From NCBI GenBank assembly GCA_964515055.1, contig CAZEUG010000008.1:1786-65785 (forward strand): a stretch of DNA of 64,000 nt. The letters run 5' to 3'. Positions 27,253 through 36,779 of this stretch are shown here, one piece after another (within the stretch, counting starts at the first letter, position 1; the number at the start of each line of letters is the position of its first letter). A program made the position numbers and the translations under genes. Origin of the DNA: an uncultured Oscillospiraceae bacterium. Lineage in GTDB: Bacteria; Bacillota; Clostridia; Oscillospirales; QAMX01. The notes below the pieces were generated by a model, which ran no database searches, was not told where the DNA came from, and saw nothing but the letters and a program-made list of their open reading frames with translations.

Positions 27253-27284
27253 AGAGGAAGCTCCTCTTTTGTTTTGTATACAAA
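27253..27284 (+). repeat. Direct repeat copy 2 flanking the alpha-CTD/Lrp islet
   Basis: AGAGGAAGCTCCTCTTtTGtTTTGTATACAAA, 6 bp beyond the abfA stop codon. Confidence 0.7.
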
Positions 27285-27290
27285 AGAAGG

Positions 27291-28802
27291 TTATTTCTGC
27301 TGCGTCCGCGCCAGACGCAGGACGTTCCAGGATGCCGGCGGAAGAATGACCTGGCCGTCGATCATTTCGGGCTTCACATCGTGCGGAACGACGCGGAACG
27401 GATCCGCTTCCGTGTTGACCGCCTTCATATCATCGTGATGCAGAACGCTGTGCGAGACGAGCATATAGCCCTCCAAGGCACGGAAATCACAGGTCAGTGC
27501 GGTGGGTTCGGTGAGGTCGCGGTTGACGGCGAAAACCGTGATGGTTTGATCGTCCGACAAAACGGCGGCAGCATCCACAACGGGCACGTCCGAATAATGC
27601 CGGGTATCAAACCGGTCGCAGGTGATCTGCGGGAGCAGACTGGTGCCGCGCCCATACAGGCTGGCCTGCATGAACGGATAGTAGATCGTCTGCGCCCAGG
27701 CACCGCCGCCGGGCGAGGTCATGATCGGCGCAATGACGTTGACCAGCTGCGCGAGACACGCGATTTTGACGGTATCCGTATTTTTCAGAATGGTGATCAG
27801 CATCAGACCGACGAGCAGCGCGTCCTCAAAATTGTAGACATCCTCAATCAGCGGAAGCGCCTGTCCCCATGGGTGATCGCGATGGAGCTGCGCGTCCTGT
27901 CCGTGCGAATGATACCAGACGTTCCATTCGTCCAACGACAGGTGAACGGTGTGACGACTGCGCTTTTTGCCGCGAATGCCGCGGGAAATGGCGGCGACGG
28001 TTTGGATGTAGCCGTTCAAATCCATGGAGCTGGCCAGAAAATCCGCTGTGTCGTTGTGCGGATTCCCGTAGTAGCGGTGCAGCGACAGGTAATCGACGTG
28101 CTCATACGTTTCGTCCAGAACCGTCCATTCCCAGCTGCCAAACGTCGGCATTTCGGAGGAAGAAGAGCCGCAGGCAACCAGCTCGATGGAGCTGTCGGTC
28201 CATTCCATCATCTTGGCGGCTTCGCTGGCGATCCGGCCATATTCCGTCGCCGTCTTCGCACCCATTTGCCAGGAACCGTCCATTTCATTTCCCAAACACC
28301 AGAGGTGAATGTTCAGCGGGTCGGGTGCGCCGTTTCGAATGCGCAAATCCGAGTAATAGGTGCCGCCCTTGTGGTTGGCATATTCCACGATGTTCCGCGC
28401 ATCGTCCGGAGTACCGGTGCCGAGGTTCACGGCATACATCACGTCCGTCTGCACGATTTTTGCCCATTCGCAGAATTCGTGCAGTCCAAATTCGTTGGTT
28501 TCCGTGGAATTCCAGGCCAGATCGAGCCGCGTCGGGCGCGATTCGCGTGGGCCGATCGAATCCTCCCAGCGGAACCCGGAGACGAAATTGCCGCCGGGAT
28601 AGCGAACGACCGGAACGCGCAGCTGCTGCACCAGACGAATCACATCGCGGCGAAAGCCGTTTGCATCAGCGGTCGGATGCGTCGGCTCGTACAGCCCGGT
28701 GTAAACAGCGCGCCCCAGCTGTTCCACGAAGGAACCGTAAATGCGCGGGTCGATGGGGGAAATGGCGTAAGCCGAGTCCAAAATCAGCTTGGCTTGTTTC
28801 AT
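27291..28802 (-). CDS. abfA: Alpha-L-arabinofuranosidase (GH51)
   Basis: YGSFVEQLGR, RYPGGNF, WCLGNEMDG and LDEWNVWY catalytic motifs; AQLVNVI. Confidence 0.93.
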   Translation of the reverse strand: MKQAKLILDSAYAISPIDPRIYGSFVEQLGRAVYTGLYEPTHPTADANGFRRDVIRLVQQLRVPVVRYPGGNFVSGFRWEDSIGPRESRPTRLDLAWNSTETNEFGLHEFCEWAKIVQTDVMYAVNLGTGTPDDARNIVEYANHKGGTYYSDLRIRNGAPDPLNIHLWCLGNEMDGSWQMGAKTATEYGRIASEAAKMMEWTDSSIELVACGSSSSEMPTFGSWEWTVLDETYEHVDYLSLHRYYGNPHNDTADFLASSMDLNGYIQTVAAISRGIRGKKRSRHTVHLSLDEWNVWYHSHGQDAQLHRDHPWGQALPLIEDVYNFEDALLVGLMLITILKNTDTVKIACLAQLVNVIAPIMTSPGGGAWAQTIYYPFMQASLYGRGTSLLPQITCDRFDTRHYSDVPVVDAAAVLSDDQTITVFAVNRDLTEPTALTCDFRALEGYMLVSHSVLHHDDMKAVNTEADPFRVVPHDVKPEMIDGQVILPPASWNVLRLARTQQK

Positions 28803-28836
28803 AGGTGACCTCCTGCTGTCAATATACTTGAAGCCC

Positions 28837-29517
28837 TCAGGCTTTGTGGATCTCGTTGATCGGGGAACCGTTCAGGACAAACGGGGCAATCTCCTCAGCG
28901 CGATCGACCAGGTTCTCCGCACCGGCAGCCCGCAGCTGCGCACGGCTGCGGAAGCCCCAGGTTACGGCCAGCACATCCATCCGGGCGTTCTGTGCCGTCT
29001 GTACATCTGTTTCGGAATCCCCTACAAACAGCGCTTCGTCCGGGGAGACGTGCAGCTGTGCGGCTGCACGCAACGGCAAATCCGGAGCGGGCTTGCGCGG
29101 ACAATCCGGCGTTTCCCCACAGATCACATCGAATGTCCCCGGAAACAGCGCGGAGCAGATCGTCTGCACCGCCGCGTCATATTTGTTGGAAACCACACCC
29201 AGACGAAGCCCAGCCGCTTTCAGCTGCGCAAGCTGAGCGGGTATGCCGGGATAGGGTCGGGTGTGAACGAGCAGATGCTCCGCGTAATAGGCGCGGAACA
29301 GTGTGAGCGCCTGATCGGCTGAGGTTGATGCATCGGCCGGGAGCGACCGGAGAATCAGATTGAGCACACCGTGCCCGACTGCGGCCTGAATCTCCTCGGT
29401 CGTGCGCACGGGAAATTGAAGCTGAAGAAGGGCATTGTTGACGGCGTCACGCAGATCGCCAAGCGTGTCGGCGAGCGTTCCGTCCAGATCAAAAAGGATG
29501 GCCTTGTATGGTTTCAC
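28837..29517 (-). CDS. HAD-family hydrolase (phosphoglycolate phosphatase-like)
   Basis: FDLDGTL, VSNK, KPAP and VGDSETD motifs. Confidence 0.9.
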   Translation of the reverse strand: MKPYKAILFDLDGTLADTLGDLRDAVNNALLQLQFPVRTTEEIQAAVGHGVLNLILRSLPADASTSADQALTLFRAYYAEHLLVHTRPYPGIPAQLAQLKAAGLRLGVVSNKYDAAVQTICSALFPGTFDVICGETPDCPRKPAPDLPLRAAAQLHVSPDEALFVGDSETDVQTAQNARMDVLAVTWGFRSRAQLRAAGAENLVDRAEEIAPFVLNGSPINEIHKA

Positions 29518-29529
29518 AGGGCACCTCCG

Positions 29530-30147
29530 TCAGCGCCGTTTACGGTCGGCGCCGCGTTCAAAGGGCGGATGAAAACAGACCTCAGCCTTATAGAACGAAG
29601 CGGGGAACAGCCGATGATAAATCGCGTCCAGCGCATCTGCCAGCGCTTCGGCAGACAGCGTACACCGGCAGGGCAGGGAAAAAATCTGAAATTCACAGCC
29701 CTGGACACAGGTGCGAACACCGGAATCCGTCACGCCGCCGCGCTGGTAGAATGCAATCCGGCGATTCCGCTTCAAAAGCTCTGCCTCATCCTCGGCAAAG
29801 GCCGGGTCGTCAATCTCGAACAGGAGCGCATCCTCGCCGGCAAAGGCGAGCCGAAGCGATTCCAACAGCGCAGAGCCGATGCCCTGGCCGCGGTAGGGCG
29901 CATAAACGGCCAGATAGTCTACCAGCCAGACCGGCTGATCGGGCGCGTGACAGAGCAGCGCATAAGCGACGGGCTGCCCCTGATGCAGAAACTGGTGAAT
30001 CCGGTATTCGCCGGAAGCCAGCAGCGCCTCAATCCATGGAAACGGACGCAGCTCAGCCGGTGGAAAATCATCGGGCAGCGCTCCCTGATACAGTGTACGT
30101 GCCGCGGCCGGTTCCAGTCTGCGGCATTCAATGGAAAGCTCATTCAT
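29530..30147 (-). CDS. GNAT family N-acetyltransferase
   Basis: DFPPAE, DYLAV...RGQGIGS acetyl-CoA motif, RRIAFYQR.G. Confidence 0.85.
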   Translation of the reverse strand: MNELSIECRRLEPAAARTLYQGALPDDFPPAELRPFPWIEALLASGEYRIHQFLHQGQPVAYALLCHAPDQPVWLVDYLAVYAPYRGQGIGSALLESLRLAFAGEDALLFEIDDPAFAEDEAELLKRNRRIAFYQRGGVTDSGVRTCVQGCEFQIFSLPCRCTLSAEALADALDAIYHRLFPASFYKAEVCFHPPFERGADRKRR

Positions 30148-30152
30148 GAATG

Positions 30153-30190
30153 AAAAAACGGCGGCGCCGTGCAGCAGCACGACGCCGCAT
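30153..30190 (-). terminator. Probable terminator after the lysyl-tRNA synthetase gene
   Basis: GC stem with a T6 tail on the minus strand. Confidence 0.55.
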
Positions 30191-30213
30191 TCCTTTCAGA
30201 AAGTTGATACGTG

Positions 30214-32256
30214 TCAGTGAATCTGTGTTCCTTCCGGAACAGAATCGTCAACAAAAATGACCTTGCAGCCACAGGCGTTATTGGTTGCTGCGAGCAGCAT
30301 CCCGTGACTGTTGACGCCGGTCAACCGCGCAGGCTTCAGGTTGGCGAGAACAATGATCTTCCGGCCAATCAGCTGTTCCGGTGTATACTCGTGCTTGATG
30401 CTGGAAACAATGACCCGCTCGTCCGTTCCGTCAAACAGCGTCAGCTTCAGACAGCTGTGCGATTTCCGGATTTCGGAGCATTTAATGACCTTGCAAACGC
30501 GCAGATCGAGCTTCGCAAAATCGTCCAGCGTGATTTCCGGCTTGATCGGCTCCACCGGATCCGGGTCGCCGTAGACAACGGCCGGAGCTTCCTCCTCCTG
30601 CGTGGCCGCTGTTTCAGCCGCCGTCTCTTCCTCCGTTTTCGGGTAAGAGAAATCCAGCAGCGGCAGATAGCGCGCCGTGTCGATTGCGTACAGGAAGAGA
30701 TACAGACGCGGCCCCTTCTCGCGGTTCAGCAGAAGACGGTAGACATTTTTGAAGAACGTCCCCTGCAAGGCTTTCAGCGCTTTTTCGTCCAGCTCGTCAC
30801 CGTGAACACGCTTCGGAATGGCATACAGCAGGGAATTCAGACCGTCCAGATCGAAGCCACCGGCTGCGATGGTTTCATGCAGCAGGCGAATTTCCTCTTT
30901 CTCGGAATCGGAAAGCGTCTCGTAAACGGCCCAGTTGCGGTGCTCACAGAGACGGTTGGCGTTCTCCGGCGCGCACTGCTCCAGCCAGAACTGTGCGCGG
31001 TCAAGTCGCCCGGCAAACTGCTCATGACGATAGGGCGTACCGATTTTTGCGAATACCGTTTCCAGCACCGGAATGTTGAAATCCACAATGGAACCCAGCT
31101 GCACCAGCAGGCTCATCGGAACCTGCTCGGGGTGACGCCCTTCGATGATGCAGTTTTCCATAATGGCGGCGCTGCGCTCATCGGATTTCCCGGCGAGATA
31201 GTCGGCGTACATCCGGTCAAATTCAAAATACTGGCGCAGAATTCCGTCATCAAAGCAGAAATCAAACGCCTTGGTCGGCTCGGTTTTGGAATAGAGCCAC
31301 AGAATAATTTCAGGCTCATAGAGCTTCAGAAGCGTGCCGGGCGTCAGATTCAGCCCGGAGGAGCTGGACATTTTCCCGGTCATGCCGCGGATGCCGATGA
31401 ATTCGTAGCCCTGGAACAGCGGCGCTTCATAGCCGAAAACACGGCTGGAAATCAGACGTGCATTGGAGTATGAGCCGCTCGGAGCCGCGTGATCCTTTCC
31501 GCCCGGTTCAAAATCCACGCCTTCATAGCGCCAGCGCATTGGCCAGTCGACCTTCCAGCCGAGCTTGCAGTCGAAGTTCGTCAGGAAATTGAAATGACCG
31601 GAATGGCCGCACCGGCAGGTATAATCCGCTTCCGTACAGTCATCGGAGAGATGCGTGATGGTTGTGAAGTCCGTATGGCACTCCGGGCAGAAAATCGATA
31701 CCGGATAATAGGCAGCTTTGTCAACATCGTGCTCTGCGGCCAGCTCCTCCGGAGACTTGCCGGGATCCTTCGTTTTGAAGGAATCGAGAATTTCGAAAAT
31801 CTCGCCGCGCTTTTTCAACGCTTCAATGATATCGGGGGTGTATTTCCCGGAACGATACATTTCCGCCTGATAACGGTAGTCCATCTCGATGCCGAATTTT
31901 TTCATTTCGGTCATGAACTCTTCTTCAAAGTGCTTGGCGTAGTTTTCGTGGCAGCCCCAGGGGTCAGGAATGTCGACATACGGACATCCGATGTAGCGGT
32001 CATAGGTGTCGCCGACGACCGCCTGAACGTTGGAAGGGATTTTCCGGCAGCGGTCAAACTCATCCCACGAGAAAAGCAGACGAACGTTCTTTCCGCGCTT
32101 TTTCAGCGCTTTTGCAACGAATAACGGGGTGGCAATATCGCGGAAATTGCCGATATGAATGGAACCGGACGGGCTGATACCCGCTGCGCAGACGTACTCC
32201 TTTTTGTCGGGGGCGCGATCGATGATTCGCTGCGCGATTTCTTCAGACCAGTGCAT
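30214..32256 (-). CDS. lysS: Class I lysine--tRNA ligase with a C-terminal Trbp111/EMAP-II-like tRNA-binding domain
   Basis: MHW, GISPSGSIHIGNFR, WKVDWPMRW, FEPGGKDH and KMSSSSG motifs; C-terminal DDFAKLDLRV...ANLKPARLTGVNSHGMLLAA. Confidence 0.92.
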   Translation of the reverse strand: MHWSEEIAQRIIDRAPDKKEYVCAAGISPSGSIHIGNFRDIATPLFVAKALKKRGKNVRLLFSWDEFDRCRKIPSNVQAVVGDTYDRYIGCPYVDIPDPWGCHENYAKHFEEEFMTEMKKFGIEMDYRYQAEMYRSGKYTPDIIEALKKRGEIFEILDSFKTKDPGKSPEELAAEHDVDKAAYYPVSIFCPECHTDFTTITHLSDDCTEADYTCRCGHSGHFNFLTNFDCKLGWKVDWPMRWRYEGVDFEPGGKDHAAPSGSYSNARLISSRVFGYEAPLFQGYEFIGIRGMTGKMSSSSGLNLTPGTLLKLYEPEIILWLYSKTEPTKAFDFCFDDGILRQYFEFDRMYADYLAGKSDERSAAIMENCIIEGRHPEQVPMSLLVQLGSIVDFNIPVLETVFAKIGTPYRHEQFAGRLDRAQFWLEQCAPENANRLCEHRNWAVYETLSDSEKEEIRLLHETIAAGGFDLDGLNSLLYAIPKRVHGDELDEKALKALQGTFFKNVYRLLLNREKGPRLYLFLYAIDTARYLPLLDFSYPKTEEETAAETAATQEEEAPAVVYGDPDPVEPIKPEITLDDFAKLDLRVCKVIKCSEIRKSHSCLKLTLFDGTDERVIVSSIKHEYTPEQLIGRKIIVLANLKPARLTGVNSHGMLLAATNNACGCKVIFVDDSVPEGTQIH

Positions 32257-32424
32257 AGCAAACCTCATTTCAAAGTGTTTCCATCGTATGATTGCAATCG
32301 AAGGATTTCGATGGGTTCAGTAAGCTCCTGCAAGCGGCAATCGGGAAAGCCGCAGGAAAAAAACTTTTTGCATATTATTGTACCATGAAACAGCTTCCTT
32401 GTCAATTGATCGGACAAAAGAAGC

Positions 32425-33345
32425 TCACTGTCCGGCACACGAATCCAGATAGGCACAGGCGGAAACGGCTGCAATCGTCCCATCAGCTACCGCAGTGGTC
32501 AGCTGCCGAACGGTTTTCGCCCGACAGTCTCCGGCGGCAAACAGACCGGGGACAGAGGTAGCCAACGCATCGTCTGTCAGCAGATACCCCGCCGCATCCG
32601 TTCGGGCGAGGTCGGAAAAGGGCGCATTCTGCGGCTCCTGCCCAATCGCGACAAACAGCCCGCTCACGTCCAGACGGGTTTCCGCACCGGTTTCCGTGTC
32701 GGTGAGCAGCAGACCGGTCAGCGCGGACGCACCGTACAGCGCCTGAATGGCAGCAGGCGTGTGAAAAATCACGTTGCTCCGTGCCCGAAGCTGCTCGACC
32801 AGACATACCTCTGCACGGAACGCGGAGCGTCGGTGAATCAGGTGCACCGTCTGCGCCGTGGAAGATAGCAGCAGGGCATCCTGCAACGCTGCACTGCCGC
32901 CGCCGACGACTGCAACAGGCAGCCCGGCATAAAATGCGCCGTCGCAGACCGCACAGAAGGAAATCCCGGCACCGGTCAGTGCGTCCTCACCGGGCAGCCC
33001 CAGCCTGCGGTGCTGCGTTCCGGTTGCCAGAATCACGGAACGCCCCGCCACGGAACCGCCGTCCTCCAACGTCAGCACAAAGTGCGACGCCTGTACGCAA
33101 ATTCCGGTGACCTGACCGAAATCCGTTTCCGCACCGAGAGACAGTGCCTGCGATAAAAGCCGGTCGGCCAGCTCACTGCCGCTGATCTGGGAAAAGCCCG
33201 GATAGTTTTCCACACGCGGCGAAAGCGTAATCTGCCCGCCGTAGCTGCCGCCCTCCAGGAGCAGCACCCGTTTTCCGGCGCGGCAGCCGTAAATAGCGGC
33301 CGTCAGCCCGGCAGGCCCCGCACCGACGATGATGATGTCAAACAA
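32425..33345 (-). CDS. trxB: Thioredoxin reductase
   Basis: GAGPAG, VENYPG, CAVCDG, GGGSAA and FAAGDC motifs; TTG start with GGAGGG RBS. Confidence 0.92.
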   Translation of the reverse strand: MFDIIIVGAGPAGLTAAIYGCRAGKRVLLLEGGSYGGQITLSPRVENYPGFSQISGSELADRLLSQALSLGAETDFGQVTGICVQASHFVLTLEDGGSVAGRSVILATGTQHRRLGLPGEDALTGAGISFCAVCDGAFYAGLPVAVVGGGSAALQDALLLSSTAQTVHLIHRRSAFRAEVCLVEQLRARSNVIFHTPAAIQALYGASALTGLLLTDTETGAETRLDVSGLFVAIGQEPQNAPFSDLARTDAAGYLLTDDALATSVPGLFAAGDCRAKTVRQLTTAVADGTIAAVSACAYLDSCAGQ

Positions 33346-33362
33346 GCCGATCCCTCCAACAG

Positions 33363-35747
33363 TCAGATGCGCGACCGCAAAAATTCTTTGATACCGGCAA
33401 TCCCGGCATAGCGGACGACCTGATCCGCAGACGTCAGAATCAGCGTCGGCGCCTGACGGATTTCATATTGCCGCGCCAGCTCAATATTCTCTTCCGCGTC
33501 CAGCTGCGTGAAGGCCACACCGGCATTCGTCAGCAGCACATGGGCGACCTTGCAGTTCGGACAGGTTTTCGAGGTGAAGAGCAGACAGGTGTCTGCGACG
33601 GGAGCCGACGTCGGTTTGGCGGCCGGTGCCGGAGCGGGAGCCGCCGATGCGTCGGCAGCCGCATCCGTGGGCAGCTGCGAGCTGGCCACGTCATAGACCA
33701 CGCGATCCTTAAACTCCTGCGCCTTGCCGTCATTCCAGTTCTGCACCGGCCGGTAGTAGCCGGTAATCCGGCTGTAGACCTCGGTCTTTTCGCCGCAGTG
33801 CGGACAGGTGTAGACCTCTCCGGCGAGATATCCATCGTTTTTGCAGACGGAATAGGTGGGGGAAAGCGTGTAATAGGGCAGCCGGTAATGCTCGGCAATT
33901 TTCCGGACAAGCGATGCCGCTGATTTCCAGTCCGGCAGCTTTTCGCCCAAAAATGCGTGAAAGACCGTGCCGGAGGTGTACAGCGTCTGCAGCTCGTCCT
34001 GAATGTCCAGCGCTTCGAAAATATCGGCGGTGCAGCCGACCGGCAGATGCGAGCTGTTCGTGTAGTACGGTGTGCCGGACTGCGAAGCCGTGATGATGTC
34101 GGGGAACATTTCCCGGTCGTGCTTGGCGAACCGATAAGTGGTCGATTCGGCGGGTGTCGCTTCCAGATTGTAGAGATCGCCGTACTGCTCCTGATAGTCG
34201 GAAAGGCGCTCCCGCATATGATTCAACACCTTTTTGGTGAATGCCTGCGTCTCCGGATGTGTCAGATCCGCCCGCAGCCAGGATGCATTCAGACCCGCTT
34301 CGTTCATGCCGATCAGGCCGATGGTGGAAAAGTGATTGTCAAAGGAACCGAGATACCGTCGGGTGTAGGGGTACAGCCCTTCGTTCAATAACCGGGTGAT
34401 GACGGTTCGCTTTACCTTCAGAGAGCGCGCTGCAATGTCCATCAGCCGATCCAGCCGCCGGAAGAAGCTGTCCTCACTGTCGGACAGATAGGCAATGCGC
34501 GGCATATTGATGGTCACAACGCCGATAGAGCCGGTGCTTTCGCCACTGCCGAAGAAGCCACCGGATTTCCGGCGAAGCTCTCTCAAATCCAGTCGCAACC
34601 GACAGCACATACTGCGGATATCGCTGGGCTCGATGTCACTGTTGATGTAGTTCGAAAAGTACGGCGTCCCGTATTTGGCGGTCATTTCAAACAGGAGCCG
34701 GTTGTTTTCCGTCTCTGACCAGTCGAAATCCTTGGTGATGGAATAGGTCGGAATCGGATACTGGAATCCGCGGCCGTTGGCGTCGCCCTCGATCATGACC
34801 TCGATGAACGCCCGGTTGATCATGTCCATTTCGTGCTTACAGTCTTTGTATTTGAAATCCATTTCCTTCCCGCCGACAATGGCATACTGCTCGGCGAGAT
34901 CGGCCGGAACCGTCCAGTCCAGCGTGATATTGGAGAAGGGCGCCTGCGTTCCCCAACGGCTCGGCGTGTTGACGCCGAAAATGAAGGATTCAATGCACTG
35001 CCGCACGGCGCGGTAGGAGAGGTGATCGACCTTGACAAAGGGCGCCAGATAAGTATCAAAGGAAGAAAAGGCCTGTGCGCCTGCCCATTCGTTCTGCATG
35101 ATACCGAGAAAATTCACCATCTGGCTGCACAGCGTGGACAGATGGCTGGCTGGTGCGGACGTGATTTTGCCCGGAATGCCGCCCAGACCTTCCTGAATCA
35201 GCTGACGCAGCGACCAGCCGGCGCAGTAGCCGGTCAGCATGGAGAGATCGTGCAGATGAATATCGCCGCTGCGGTGCGCGTTGGCGATTTCTTCATCGTA
35301 GATTTCCGAAAGCCAGTAGTTGGCGGTGATGGCACCGGAGTTGCTGAGAATCAGCCCGCCGACAGAATAGGTCACCGTGGAATTCTCCTTGACGCGCCAG
35401 TCTGTCGCCTTGACGTAGCTGTCCACCAGCTCCTTGTAGTCCAGAATCGTAGAACGCATATTGCGGATTTTCTCGCGCTGCTTCCGGTAGAGGATAAACG
35501 CCTTGGCCACATCAGAATAGCCGGCCTGCACCAGCACATTCTCCACGCTGTCCTGAATGTCCTCCACTGCGATGAGGCCATTCCGGATTTTCGGCTCAAA
35601 GTCCGCCGTGACCTTGAGCGTCAGCAAATCGATCACGCCCGGATGCGACTGCTTGCTCTGCGCATCAAAGGCTTTTTCAATGACGGCTCTGATTTTTGAG
35701 ATATCGAACTCGACAATTTTGCCGTCCCGCTTTGTCACCTGATACAT
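33363..35747 (-). CDS. nrdD: Anaerobic (class III) ribonucleoside-triphosphate reductase with an N-terminal ATP cone and a C-terminal glutaredoxin/NrdH-like domain
   Basis: VTKRDG ATP cone, SMCCRL, EATPAEST, glycyl-radical YSRITGYYRPV, then an Ala/Pro linker and TCPNC...IRQAPTL. Confidence 0.95.
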   Translation of the reverse strand: MYQVTKRDGKIVEFDISKIRAVIEKAFDAQSKQSHPGVIDLLTLKVTADFEPKIRNGLIAVEDIQDSVENVLVQAGYSDVAKAFILYRKQREKIRNMRSTILDYKELVDSYVKATDWRVKENSTVTYSVGGLILSNSGAITANYWLSEIYDEEIANAHRSGDIHLHDLSMLTGYCAGWSLRQLIQEGLGGIPGKITSAPASHLSTLCSQMVNFLGIMQNEWAGAQAFSSFDTYLAPFVKVDHLSYRAVRQCIESFIFGVNTPSRWGTQAPFSNITLDWTVPADLAEQYAIVGGKEMDFKYKDCKHEMDMINRAFIEVMIEGDANGRGFQYPIPTYSITKDFDWSETENNRLLFEMTAKYGTPYFSNYINSDIEPSDIRSMCCRLRLDLRELRRKSGGFFGSGESTGSIGVVTINMPRIAYLSDSEDSFFRRLDRLMDIAARSLKVKRTVITRLLNEGLYPYTRRYLGSFDNHFSTIGLIGMNEAGLNASWLRADLTHPETQAFTKKVLNHMRERLSDYQEQYGDLYNLEATPAESTTYRFAKHDREMFPDIITASQSGTPYYTNSSHLPVGCTADIFEALDIQDELQTLYTSGTVFHAFLGEKLPDWKSAASLVRKIAEHYRLPYYTLSPTYSVCKNDGYLAGEVYTCPHCGEKTEVYSRITGYYRPVQNWNDGKAQEFKDRVVYDVASSQLPTDAAADASAAPAPAPAAKPTSAPVADTCLLFTSKTCPNCKVAHVLLTNAGVAFTQLDAEENIELARQYEIRQAPTLILTSADQVVRYAGIAGIKEFLRSRI

Positions 35748-35769
35748 ATCCTGCTCTCCTCCAAAAATG

Positions 35770-36465
35770 TTATTCCACTCCGCGCAGAGCCGCAGACGGA
35801 CAGCAAATGTGCGCCGCGCCGAGCATGGCGTGCAGCACATCCGGCGAATGCGGATGCAGACCGGCGGTCAGTACATCGCCGGAATCAACAAAACTCTGTA
35901 AAAAATAGCGTTCCGCGCCGGAAATCCAACGGGCGATGGCTGCGATGTCATCGACCGTATGCAACTCCCGAACGACGGTGGTTCGAAATTCATAGCGCCC
36001 GGAAAGCGTGCGCAGAAACGCGACACTTTCCAGAATCGGTGACAGGTCGAACGTGGAACGCCCGATGGTTTCCGCATATCGTTCGGGCGCATTCTTGATG
36101 TCCATGGCGACCTGGTCGACAAGCCCTGCGCGTACCACATCCTTCAGCCGATCGGGCAGACTGCCGTTGGTGTCCAGCTTGACGGCAAAACCGAGCGAAC
36201 GGATGCGCTCCAAAAACGACGCCAGATCGGCCTGCAGGAGCGGCTCACCGCCGGAAATGCAGACGCCGTCCAACAGCCCGCGCCGCTTTTGCAGAAACGA
36301 CAGCACATCGTCTTCCGCAATCGGCGCGGAATCCGCACCGGGATGGACGAGCGAGGCGTTCTGACAGAACGGACAGGCAAAGTTGCAGCCCTCCGTAAAA
36401 ATGGTGCAGGCGACCTTGCCGGGATAGTCCAGCAGGGTGCATTTTTGTAGCCCGCGAATGATCAT
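35770..36465 (-). CDS. nrdG: Anaerobic RNR activating enzyme (radical SAM)
   Basis: DYPGK, CNFACPFC, SGGEP, KLDTNG and EFRTT motifs. Confidence 0.93.
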   Translation of the reverse strand: MIIRGLQKCTLLDYPGKVACTIFTEGCNFACPFCQNASLVHPGADSAPIAEDDVLSFLQKRRGLLDGVCISGGEPLLQADLASFLERIRSLGFAVKLDTNGSLPDRLKDVVRAGLVDQVAMDIKNAPERYAETIGRSTFDLSPILESVAFLRTLSGRYEFRTTVVRELHTVDDIAAIARWISGAERYFLQSFVDSGDVLTAGLHPHSPDVLHAMLGAAHICCPSAALRGVE

Positions 36466-36536
36466 CCTCCGCCCTCCTGTCGCGAACGTGTCGGGCTCCG
36501 CCGGCATCCAACCGGACGCAAAGGCGGAACAGCCTT

Positions 36537-36566
36537 ATTGTATCATACGCGGGATTCGTTTGTCAA
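36537..36566 (-). promoter_or_regulatory. Sigma-A promoter of nrdG-nrdD-trxB
   Basis: TTGACA-N18-TACAAT with extended TG on the minus strand. Confidence 0.65.
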
Positions 36567-36585
36567 GCGCTCTATACCGGTCCTG

Positions 36586-36633
36586 TGACAATATCTTGTG
36601 GATTTTTGTGAATGAATCTACTATATCTTGGAT
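36586..36633. promoter_or_regulatory. Tandem NrdR boxes
   Basis: tgaCAATATCTTGtgg (36586) and ctaCTATATCTTGgat (36618) match acaCwAtATaTwGtgt and lie 32 bp apart, upstream of the RNR operon. Confidence 0.8.
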
Positions 36634-36779
36634 TCGTTAGGCGGCCAACAGATTGGCTGACCGACCGGTGGAAGCGAACGAAACACCGAATGATTCACAG
36701 AAATGGCCTTGACACGCACAGGGGACAACGTATATAATTTCATCAGTGGATCCCAGATTCCGGAAAGGAGAGAGCGACC

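Noticed and set aside
27381-31473. Long plus-strand ORFs (27381-28808, 27869-28804, 30211-31473)
   Set aside because: Antisense shadows of abfA and the class I LysRS gene.
32257-32424. T-box or lysine riboswitch upstream of the LysRS gene
   Set aside because: The leader is too short and I found no T-box consensus (AAGGTGGxACC) or terminator.
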